This document shows positions 39,315 through 47,780 of a stretch of 64,000 bases of DNA, piece by piece. The position numbers were made by a program, and so were the translations under genes. The stretch comes from Desulfosudaceae bacterium. Its GTDB lineage: Bacteria; Desulfobacterota; Desulfobacteria; Desulfobacterales; Desulfosudaceae. Within the stretch, counting starts at the first letter, position 1. The number at the start of each line of letters is the position of its first letter. The DNA is taken from contig CAXXDV010000003.1 of NCBI GenBank assembly GCA_963674745.2, positions 1,696,001 through 1,760,000 on the forward strand, in the 5' to 3' direction. The notes beneath the pieces were generated by a model. It was not told the DNA's origin and ran no database searches. It saw nothing but the letters and a program-made list of their open reading frames with translations.

Positions 39315-40790
39315 ATGGAAAATACGCGACTGACGCATCTGGACGCCCTTTTCAACCCCAAAACCATCGCTTTTATCGGCGCTTCCGAAGAAACAAACAA
39401 ATGGGGCTTTATTGTGTTTAACAGTATCCTGCGCGGCGGATGGCAGGGGCGTATCTATCCGGTCAATCCCGGCAGGCAAACGGTGTTGGGCATCAAGGCC
39501 TGCAATTCGGTTACAGATATAACAGAGGAAATCGACCTGGCGGTCATGACCGTACCGGCCAAATATGTGCCCATGGTTATTGACGACTGCCTGTCAATGA
39601 AGATTAAAGCAGGCCTGATTATCTCCGCTGGTTTTCGCGAAATGGGCGGTGAACAGAAGCGGATTGAAGGGGAAATGGTGGCCCGGGCCAGGGCGGGCGG
39701 TATGGTGCTGGTGGGTCCCAACTGTCAGGGTATATTCTGCCCTTCCAGCCGTCTTTATGCCCATATGCCCCGGCATTTTTTTATCCCGCCCGGAAAAGTG
39801 GCGGTCGTATCCCAGAGCGGCAACATTTCCAATATGCTTGTGGGTGCTGTTTATGAGGCCGGTCAGGGGATCGCCATGGGCGTTTCCTCGGGTAACGAAG
39901 CCGACCTGAGACTTGAAGATTACCTGACCTACATGGCGGGAAAAGCCGACGTGGAGGCTATTGTCGCCTATATTGAAAGCGTGCCCGAAGGACGCCGTTT
40001 TTTCGAACAGGCGGCACGCGTCACGCGGCACAAGCCGGTGGTCGTGCTCAAAGGAGGGCGAACCCCCTCGGGCAAAAAAGCGGCCTCGTCCCATACCGGC
40101 GCCCTGGCCGTCGAAGACGCGCTGTTTGCCGATATCTGCCGGCAGACCGGTATTGTCCGGGCACATACTATTGAAGAAGCCGGGATACTTGCTGCTTCGT
40201 TTGTCAACCGTCCCCTTCCCCGGGGAAACCGGGTGGCCATCATGACCGGCGGCGGCGGACTGGGCGTGGTAGCCGCTGATATCTGCAGCGACAAGGGCTT
40301 TAATGTCGTTTCCCTTTCAGACGAAACCATTGGCAAACTAAAAAAACATCTGCCGGACTGGTGGGTACCGGGCAATCCGGTTGACCTGGTGGCCGGGAAT
40401 CGCTTTGACACGATTCTGCCCATTATGGAAATTTTGCTCAAGAGCAATGAAATCGATGCCATGATTTTTACCTTCGTGGGACCACCGAAAATTGACCGTA
40501 CGGATATAACCGAAGATGAACGCCGCGGTCTGGAACCGCCCAACCTGTTTGAAAGCCTGGGTGCCTTTATTCCGGCATTCATCGACCAGGTGCAGGCCCT
40601 GAGCTTTGAAACCGGTGTTCCGGTGTTCCCGGTTTTCAGTCTCCCGGAAATGATACAGACACCGTTTGTAGAAATGGCGATCGAAAAACCGGGCGCAATA
40701 TACAAGGATGTCGAACCTGCCTGCCGCGCCCTTACGGCCATGTATGAATACAGGCGTTTCTGTCAAAAGCAGGAAAACCGCGGTCACTGA
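39315..40790 (+). CDS. ADP-forming acyl-CoA synthetase alpha-type subunit (CoA-binding)
   Basis: LFNPK.IA.IGAS, GPNC.G, SQSG, GNEADL, ASSHTGALA phospho-His motif, GNPVD. Confidence 0.88.
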   Translation: MENTRLTHLDALFNPKTIAFIGASEETNKWGFIVFNSILRGGWQGRIYPVNPGRQTVLGIKACNSVTDITEEIDLAVMTVPAKYVPMVIDDCLSMKIKAGLIISAGFREMGGEQKRIEGEMVARARAGGMVLVGPNCQGIFCPSSRLYAHMPRHFFIPPGKVAVVSQSGNISNMLVGAVYEAGQGIAMGVSSGNEADLRLEDYLTYMAGKADVEAIVAYIESVPEGRRFFEQAARVTRHKPVVVLKGGRTPSGKKAASSHTGALAVEDALFADICRQTGIVRAHTIEEAGILAASFVNRPLPRGNRVAIMTGGGGLGVVAADICSDKGFNVVSLSDETIGKLKKHLPDWWVPGNPVDLVAGNRFDTILPIMEILLKSNEIDAMIFTFVGPPKIDRTDITEDERRGLEPPNLFESLGAFIPAFIDQVQALSFETGVPVFPVFSLPEMIQTPFVEMAIEKPGAIYKDVEPACRALTAMYEYRRFCQKQENRGH

Positions 40791-41115
40791 ATATTTGCCA
40801 TAACGAGCGGAGAAGACAGATTTTTTCACCGCGCTGAATCATAAAAATGTTGGCCTTTCAAAGGAATCAACTCGTCCTCCGATAATTTCGAAGTATTCCG
40901 CTGTTTCAAACAAGTCCATTTTTTCGGAAAACCAGCCGACGACGTCCTCAAAACAAATAACCATTTAAAAACAGAATACTACCACTTTTTCCAGGCCGAA
41001 TTTGCTTATCTTGTCCAATTCGCCAGTACGATTTCATCAGTTCGGAGTAACCCCTGAATCTGCTATTTTCATCTAACAAATTGAATTTAATTATTATAAT
41101 TTTTCAATAGCCGGT

Positions 41116-41131
41116 TGGCACGCTTCTTGAT
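41116..41131 (+). promoter_or_regulatory. Sigma54-type promoter
   Basis: TGGCACGCTTCTTGAT (GG-N10-GA; -12 deviates from GC); IHF-like TAACAAATTGAAT at 41074-41086. Confidence 0.6.
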
Positions 41132-41170
41132 TGACATTTAATATAGCAAAGAATTTCTGGAGGAATAAAA

Positions 41171-41413
41171 ATGTTAACAAGTTTAACCATGATGCCGGTC
41201 GACCAGGATGTTTCGGGGCCGGGGGCTGTGTTCCCGTCAAAAATCCCCCACCCCCCCCCCCCCCCCAAAAACCCGACCGACACAATCCCCGGCTCTGGAA
41301 TTTCCTGGCCGGCCGGCTTCCTGGTTAAAACCAGATCCGGGGGGATCTTTTTCTGGATACGTATTCAGACCGGTGATTCCGACATCCATTCAACTGGTTA
41401 CGACCTTACGTAA
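41171..41413 (+). CDS. Possible polyproline leader/small ORF overlapping the hairpin
   Basis: GGAGG-N7-ATG; the C tract encodes PHPPPPP; no recognisable domain. Confidence 0.3.
   Translation: MLTSLTMMPVDQDVSGPGAVFPSKIPHPPPPPKNPTDTIPGSGISWPAGFLVKTRSGGIFFWIRIQTGDSDIHSTGYDLT
41182..41352 (+). ncRNA. Candidate structured RNA / leader: 50-bp hairpin with poly-C loop, then a small hairpin plus U-tract
   Basis: Arms 41182-41231 and 41280-41329 pair ungapped (39 Watson-Crick, 6 G-U, 5 mismatches); C16 at 41251-41266; AGATCC-GGGG-GGATCT-TTTT follows. Confidence 0.5.
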
Positions 41414-41538
41414 AAAAAGCCTGTTCAACCATTTGGCATTGATATATAATTGGATTAATCAGCCACTGAGACAGTGTAGCCTGAACGTTCTGCATAAAAC
41501 CGATTAAGGGCTCGTCATTTAAGCAGAAGGAGATAACA

Positions 41539-41952
41539 ATGGTTTCAACCATTATGGTCGTAGACGACTCAACCAGTGTACGAAAAATGATTTCGTTCAC
41601 ACTGGAAAACGCCGGATACACCGTAGTCGAGGCAGAGAACGGCCAAGACGCATTGGAAAAACTCAAAGAATCGGAAATCAACATGTTTATACTGGATCTG
41701 AACATGCCAGACATAAACGGCTTTGAGCTCACAAGCACCTTACGCTCAACGGATGAGCACCGGTACAAACCAATCATCATACTGACGACTGAGTCACAGT
41801 CGTCAAAAAAACAGGAAGCCCGCCAGGTAGGTGCAACCGGCTGGATTACCAAACCATTTAAACCGGATCAGTTGATTAATGTGGTTAAAAAAGTAATAAC
41901 GTCTTCTTTGCCTGAAGATTGCCTCAAAAGTTCAGACAAGGTTAACCATTAA
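41539..41952 (+). CDS. cheY: Single-domain response regulator, CheY-like
   Basis: IMVVDDS.SVRKM, ILDLNMP..NG, ILTTES, GATGWITKPF; AAGGAG RBS. Confidence 0.8.
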   Translation: MVSTIMVVDDSTSVRKMISFTLENAGYTVVEAENGQDALEKLKESEINMFILDLNMPDINGFELTSTLRSTDEHRYKPIIILTTESQSSKKQEARQVGATGWITKPFKPDQLINVVKKVITSSLPEDCLKSSDKVNH

Positions 41953-42149
41953 CGTCATTATACCGTGGCTTAACGTACAAAAGTGCTTTGAAATAACAGA
42001 CGAAAACGACCTCTTTCACATCCGCACAGTCATGCCATTTTTTGCCATTTCCAACCGCAAAGCAGTTGCCGAAAAAAACTGAACAGTATATCCATTCTCA
42101 GCCACGGCTTCGACTTAACCGTTTATCCCGAATATTTCATGAACTTTTC

Positions 42150-42223
42150 CAATAGAAACCGGCTTCGCGGCCGCGCTTTGCAGCCACATCAATAGAAACC
42201 GGCTTCGCGGCCGCGCTTTGCAG
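42150..42223. repeat. Exact 34-bp direct repeat, two copies, 6-bp spacer
   Basis: CAATAGAAACCGGCTTCGCGGCCGCGCTTTGCAG at 42150-42183 and 42190-42223. Confidence 0.9.
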
Positions 42224-42367
42224 AAGAAAGGGCCCGGTATTCTATTTTTTCTGATATTATGATAACATGATTAAAATTTTAAAAAGGGGGTCGGTTCTCA
42301 AAATAGGCCTTTCAGCCTGATACGGTCAAAAAATCATTGCAAACAAAACAGAACAGGTGGTGAACGT

Positions 42368-44332
42368 ATGAAAAACAAAGGGTATATGGGAAAGATTCTG
42401 ATGGTGGACCTGACCAGTGGTGAGATCCAGGAAGAAGCCCTGCCTGATCCGGTATACGAAAAATATCTGGGCGGTATGGGACTGGGTGCCCACATCCTGT
42501 ACACACGGATTCCGGAAGGAGCAGATCCGCTGGGTCCGGACAACATGCTCGCTTTTCTTCCCGGTCTTCTCACGGGGACCGGAAGCCTGTTTACGGGGCG
42601 CTGGATGGTCGCCGGAAAATCCCCGCTGACCGGTGGGTGGGGTGACGCCAATTGCGGCGGCACTTTTGCACCGGAAATCAAACGCTGCGGTTATGACGGC
42701 ATCTTTGTTAAAGGCATCAGCGAAAAACCCGTATATCTTTATATAAATGATCACACCAGGGAACTGAGGGATGCCTCGGATGTATGGGGAATGGATACGG
42801 TGGAAACCGAGGAGTACCTGGAAAAACATGCCAAAGCCAACGGCAAAAAGCCGAAAGTCGTCTGCATCGGTCCTGCCGGGGAAAAGCTGTCCCTGATATC
42901 CGGCATCTCCACGGATAAAGGCCGCATGGCGGCACGTTCAGGCTTAGGTGCCGTCATGGGCGCCAAGAAACTAAAAGCCATTGTACTCTCCGGACAAAAG
43001 CGTATCAACGCTCACGATCGGGAGGAAATGAAACGACTCAGCCGAATGTGCAATAAATGGGTTCAATTTCAGCCCCCCTTTGTCAATGGCCCCATGACCG
43101 CCTTTGTCGGCGCCCTGCTGCGCATCATGCCCACGGTACTCACCCAGGACGGTATGCTCTACAAAATACTGCTCAAAAAATGGGGTACCGTCTCCATGAA
43201 CCAGATGTCACCGGAAATGGGAGATTCTCCTATCAAAAACTGGAAAGGGACTTCCAGTGACTGGGGATTTAAAAAAAGCTATTCTTCAAATCCCGATGTT
43301 TTCAAAAACTGTGAAATCGTCAAATTCCACTGTTATTCATGCCCCCTTGGTTGCGGCGGTATCTGCACCATGGACAAAAAATACAGCCATACCCATAAAC
43401 CCGAATATGAAACCGTCCTTGCGCTGGGTGGATTCTGCATGAACGAAGACGTGGACGGCATATTTTATATGAACGAATTGCTCAACCGGGCCGGTATGGA
43501 CACTATTTCCGCCGGCCATGCCGTTGCCTTCGCCCTTGAATGCTACGAGGAAGGGATTATCACCAAAGAAGACACCGACGGACTTGAGTTGACCTGGGGT
43601 AACTCGGAGGCGATTGTCACCCTGATCGAAAGAATGGTTAAACGGGAGGGATTCGGTCACGTGCTGGCGGACGGTGTGAAACAGGCTGCATTGAGAATCG
43701 GAAAAGGGGCTGAAGCCTTTGCCGTTCTGGCCGGGGGACAGGAACCGGCCATGCACGACTCCCGGAATGACCCCGGTTTTGCCCTTCATTACAGCGTTGA
43801 GCCCACACCCGGTCGTCATACCCTGGGTTCTCACCTGTATTATGAAATGTTCAAATTATGGACCGTCGTCAAGGGGGTCCCCAAGATCCCGCCCATGTAC
43901 TTAAAAGGCAGCAAATACAAAAACCCCGAAAAACAGGCGGCCATCGGCGCGGCCAACAGCCGGTTCATGACCCTGGTCAACTGTACCGGCGCCTGCCTGT
44001 TCGCGTCTTTTCTGGGCGCCAAACGGTTCCCCCTGTTCGGCTGGATAAACGCCGCCACCGGCTGGAAGCTGACCCCCAACGAATATATGAATCTGGCCGG
44101 AGAAATTCATACGGTTAAACAGGCCTTTAACGTCAAGCACGGTATTGAACCTAAAAATTGTAAAATCAGTGAACGGGCCCTGGGAAGACCGGCCCAGACC
44201 GAAGGGGCCAACAAGGGACGTTCAATCGATATCGAAATGATGATGACCCATTACTGGGAACAGTTCGGCTGGGACAGCCAGACCGGAAAACCCAGTCAGG
44301 AAACCATAAAACGTTTAAGCGACGGCGTTTAG
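42368..44332 (+). CDS. aor: Aldehyde:ferredoxin oxidoreductase family (tungsten AOR/WOR)
   Basis: YLGG.GLG, KSPLTG, CIGPAGE, GLGAVMG.K.LKAI, C..C...C, PEYET, GMDTIS. Confidence 0.9.
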   Translation: MKNKGYMGKILMVDLTSGEIQEEALPDPVYEKYLGGMGLGAHILYTRIPEGADPLGPDNMLAFLPGLLTGTGSLFTGRWMVAGKSPLTGGWGDANCGGTFAPEIKRCGYDGIFVKGISEKPVYLYINDHTRELRDASDVWGMDTVETEEYLEKHAKANGKKPKVVCIGPAGEKLSLISGISTDKGRMAARSGLGAVMGAKKLKAIVLSGQKRINAHDREEMKRLSRMCNKWVQFQPPFVNGPMTAFVGALLRIMPTVLTQDGMLYKILLKKWGTVSMNQMSPEMGDSPIKNWKGTSSDWGFKKSYSSNPDVFKNCEIVKFHCYSCPLGCGGICTMDKKYSHTHKPEYETVLALGGFCMNEDVDGIFYMNELLNRAGMDTISAGHAVAFALECYEEGIITKEDTDGLELTWGNSEAIVTLIERMVKREGFGHVLADGVKQAALRIGKGAEAFAVLAGGQEPAMHDSRNDPGFALHYSVEPTPGRHTLGSHLYYEMFKLWTVVKGVPKIPPMYLKGSKYKNPEKQAAIGAANSRFMTLVNCTGACLFASFLGAKRFPLFGWINAATGWKLTPNEYMNLAGEIHTVKQAFNVKHGIEPKNCKISERALGRPAQTEGANKGRSIDIEMMMTHYWEQFGWDSQTGKPSQETIKRLSDGV

Positions 44333-44338
44333 GAGGAT

Positions 44339-44782
44339 ATGATGGCATATTTAATCACGGAAAATTGTAACGGCTGTACATCATGTGCAGGGCTCTGCCC
44401 GGTGGAAGCGATACAGGGTGAAAAAAAAGAACGGCATGTCATTGACGCTGATTTCTGTATCGAATGCGGTGCCTGCGCCCGGATCTGCCCGCAAAGCGCC
44501 GTCCAGGACCCCTCAGGCCGGATCGTCCAGAGCGAAAAAAAGAAATACTGGAAAAAGCCGGCTTTTGACTACAGCACCTGCATGGCCTGCGGCATATGCG
44601 TAAACGCCTGCCCTGTCGGCTGCATCATGTTCGGCCAGCCATCCTTAAAAGATAAAAATGCCTATCCGGAGCTGGCTGATCCCGGAACCTGTATCAGTTG
44701 CGGGTTCTGCGCTGATGAGTGTCCGGTGGAAGCGGTCATGCTGATGCCGCCGGGGGAAGAACAAATTGCCAAAGCCGGTTGA
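44339..44782 (+). CDS. Polyferredoxin with four 4Fe-4S motifs
   Basis: Four CxxCxxCxxxCP motifs; AGGAGG RBS. Confidence 0.92.
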   Translation: MMAYLITENCNGCTSCAGLCPVEAIQGEKKERHVIDADFCIECGACARICPQSAVQDPSGRIVQSEKKKYWKKPAFDYSTCMACGICVNACPVGCIMFGQPSLKDKNAYPELADPGTCISCGFCADECPVEAVMLMPPGEEQIAKAG

Positions 44783-44846
44783 TCGGGACATTTGTCCAAG
44801 GCACAGTTACGCTACTTCTTCACCATCCAAATTCAAGGAGAGCACA

Positions 44847-47387
44847 ATGAACCGTCTTTGTTTTCGAGGCCGTAAAACAACTTTATTCGTGCTTGTCACC
44901 GGTATCATCGTGATTGCCCTTTTAGTGCCCGGATGCACGCGCATGCTGGACAGCATCTTTAACGATTCACTCCCTCCTGACGAAGGCGTACAAAAGCTTC
45001 CGGGGATTTCCGAAAAGGTGACCGTAAAAAGAGACGACCTCGGCATTCCCTTTGTAGACGCGGCCAGCCTGGACGACCTGGTGGTGGCCATGGGATATGT
45101 CAGTGCCTGCGATCGCTTCGCCCAGATGGAAGGATTCCGGCTGGTGGGTCAGGGCCGGTTATCTGAGATGGTGGGGGAAGCCGCCCTTGAAATGGATATG
45201 TATCTGCGGGCCATAAACGTGAACAAAGCCGCCGAAACCGTTTACAGATCAGCCTCATCGGATTTGCGCCGCCTGCTTGATCTTTACAGCCGGGGCGTTA
45301 ATGCCTATCTGGACAACAATCCCCTGCCGACAACCGTCAAGCTTTCCGGTCATGAACCGGAACCGTGGGAAGGGATTGACTCGGTGTCTGTTTTTATCGT
45401 GCTGACGCTGGGGCTGGCCCAGAATCTTCATGAAGAAATCGGTATTCTGAACCTGGCCGGAAAAATCCCGCCGGAAAAACTGGCCTGGCTGACGCCCATT
45501 TATCCTGACGAACTGCTTCCATTTGAAGAAATGAAAAAACTGGAAGGTCTTGATCTGGCCGCTGTGGCCGGTAATGTAAAGAATTTATATGACGCCATAT
45601 GCCACACCAACCGTCTGGCCGTACCGGCAGCGGCCGCTTCCAACAACTGGGCGGTATCCGGAAAGCGGACCCGTTCCGGCAAACCCATTCTGGCAAACGA
45701 CACCCATCTCCCCCTGGTTATGCCCTCTTTCTGGCATATGATGAAACTACGCTGTCCCGGACTTGAAGGCGCCGGCGTTGCCCTGGCCGGTGTGCCGGGC
45801 ATTATCGCCGGTTATAACGGTCATATTGCGGCCGGAATGACCATGGTCATGGCCGACAACCAGGATGTGTTTCTGGAGCAGCTTAAAGAAAAAGACGACG
45901 GCCTTTATTACCTTTATAAAGACCGGTGGATAAAGACAGATATCCGCAAGGAAACCATCAAAGTCAAAGACGAAAAAGACGTTATCATCACCATTCATGA
46001 AACCGTTCACGGACCGCTTATGAACCGGGTTCTGTCCACGGACCCCAGGCACCTGCTGGTGCCCATGCCCACGGATCAATCGCTGGGAATTGCCGTCAGC
46101 TGGGCGGCGTTTGAGCCGGACCGGACCATGGATATCTTCTTTAATATCATGCGGTCGAATTCGGTTGACGAAATTCTGACCTGGACCGGTTCCAGCAGAA
46201 CCATTATCCCCCTGAACCTGGTCATGGCCGATGAAAAAGATATCGCCTGGCAGGTAACCGGTCGATACCCTTACCGCAAAAAAGGCCGGGGTCTATGCCC
46301 CTCTCCCGGCTGGACGGGAGAATATGACTGGGAGGGATTTCTTAATCCCTCGCTGCATCCGGTGATTAAAAATCCGGAAACAGGATATATCGGTACCGCC
46401 AACAACCGGACCGTCTCACCGGATTTCCCCTATATCCTGTCCTCTTCCTGGTATTATCCGGACCGGGCGGAACGCATCAACCGGATGATCGAAAGCACCT
46501 ACGGATATACAGCTGAAAAAGCCCGTCAAATGCAATTGGATGTATTTTCGCCTTTTTCCTCGGTTATCAAACAGGCGCTTTTAAGCACCACCACTTACCG
46601 GCAGATGGCGTCAACCTGGACTGACGAAGAAAAAACAAAAGCGGAAACCGGCCTGGACGTGTTAAAGAAATTCGACGGTGATCTGCGCGTTGACTCGGCC
46701 GGAGCCGCCTTTTGCGGGGCCTTTCTGACATGCCTGAGCAAAAACCTGTTTGCCGATGAATGCGGCGGTACCGGGACACTGGCATGGCGATCACTGACGG
46801 AAATTTTTCAGATGTCCTACTCCGCGCTTCATGATCACCTGACCATCAGGGGGCAAAGCAGCCCCTTCTGGGATGACATCACAACCGAAACGATTGAAAA
46901 ACGTCATGAAATCCTGGCTGCCAGCGTGGTAAATGCGGTCGACCTGCTGGCTGAAACATGCGGCCGGCCGGCCGGCCAGTGGGAGTGGGGAAAGATGCAC
47001 ACCTATGAATGGACAACGGACGCTTCCAGCCTGGCGCCTTACATGGGTTTCTTTGACAGGACCGGCATGAAATTTCTGTCCGGATATTTTGACCGTGGCC
47101 CCTATCCGGCGCCGGGTGACCATACCACCCTGAACGTTTCCGGGTATCATATCGGCAATGATTTCAAAACCTGGCTGATTCCGGCCATGCGTATTATCGT
47201 GGATTTCGGCAGTGAGGAACCGCTGGTGGGCATCAACAGCTCAGGTCAGTCGGACAATCCGGCCAGCCCTCACTATGATGATGGCATCCAGGCCTGGCTG
47301 AACGGCGAATACCACCCGTTTCCGTTCCGCGAAGAAAACATCGAAAAACAATACACCCGTACCCTGGTGCTGGAGCCCGCATCTTGA
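44847..47387 (+). CDS. Penicillin-acylase family Ntn hydrolase (QuiP/AHL-acylase-like), probable lipoprotein
   Basis: RDDLGIP, DRFAQM, ASNNWAVSG nucleophile, LANDTHL, GQSDNPASPHYDD; start at ATG 44847 after AAGGAG. Confidence 0.88.
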   Translation: MNRLCFRGRKTTLFVLVTGIIVIALLVPGCTRMLDSIFNDSLPPDEGVQKLPGISEKVTVKRDDLGIPFVDAASLDDLVVAMGYVSACDRFAQMEGFRLVGQGRLSEMVGEAALEMDMYLRAINVNKAAETVYRSASSDLRRLLDLYSRGVNAYLDNNPLPTTVKLSGHEPEPWEGIDSVSVFIVLTLGLAQNLHEEIGILNLAGKIPPEKLAWLTPIYPDELLPFEEMKKLEGLDLAAVAGNVKNLYDAICHTNRLAVPAAAASNNWAVSGKRTRSGKPILANDTHLPLVMPSFWHMMKLRCPGLEGAGVALAGVPGIIAGYNGHIAAGMTMVMADNQDVFLEQLKEKDDGLYYLYKDRWIKTDIRKETIKVKDEKDVIITIHETVHGPLMNRVLSTDPRHLLVPMPTDQSLGIAVSWAAFEPDRTMDIFFNIMRSNSVDEILTWTGSSRTIIPLNLVMADEKDIAWQVTGRYPYRKKGRGLCPSPGWTGEYDWEGFLNPSLHPVIKNPETGYIGTANNRTVSPDFPYILSSSWYYPDRAERINRMIESTYGYTAEKARQMQLDVFSPFSSVIKQALLSTTTYRQMASTWTDEEKTKAETGLDVLKKFDGDLRVDSAGAAFCGAFLTCLSKNLFADECGGTGTLAWRSLTEIFQMSYSALHDHLTIRGQSSPFWDDITTETIEKRHEILAASVVNAVDLLAETCGRPAGQWEWGKMHTYEWTTDASSLAPYMGFFDRTGMKFLSGYFDRGPYPAPGDHTTLNVSGYHIGNDFKTWLIPAMRIIVDFGSEEPLVGINSSGQSDNPASPHYDDGIQAWLNGEYHPFPFREENIEKQYTRTLVLEPAS

Positions 47388-47393
47388 CAGAAG

Positions 47394-47780
47394 TTATTGC
47401 GTTGTATCCAGATAAGGACTGCCCCTCTTTAGGCGCACCACACCGGTCACGGTAGTCTTCTCACCATCGGGCCTGGCCGGATCCAGGCCCGGCGGTACCG
47501 GACCATGGACATACAGGCAGCCTGAGTCATCCGCCATCATCCAGTCACTGCGACTGACCGGCGGACCGCTGCGACATGGTCCCCGCCAGCCCTGAAACGA
47601 CGCTGTGACGGTTATGGTTCGGGATTCAAAACGATCAGGAGCGGCAAGAACCTGCCCGATCATGCCTTCGTTATCCGACATCGTCGGTTTCGGTCCAGCC
47701 GGATGCCCTGAGCAGGCGCCGATGCCGGAAAGAACCATCCACAAGGCCGTAACCCAAACAAACGTCTTTTGCCATGTCAT
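47394..47780 (-). CDS. Small hypothetical lipoprotein (OB-fold-like)
   Basis: IGAC lipobox; PPVSRSDW...D.SGC.YV; overlaps the upstream gene's stop. Confidence 0.6.
   Translation of the reverse strand: MTWQKTFVWVTALWMVLSGIGACSGHPAGPKPTMSDNEGMIGQVLAAPDRFESRTITVTASFQGWRGPCRSGPPVSRSDWMMADDSGCLYVHGPVPPGLDPARPDGEKTTVTGVVRLKRGSPYLDTTQ

Noticed and set aside
41432..41450. TTGGCATTGATATATA as a second sigma54 promoter for cheY
   Set aside because: No GC or GA at the -12 position
42150..42223. Possible mini-CRISPR
   Set aside because: Only two repeats, a 6-bp spacer and no cas genes
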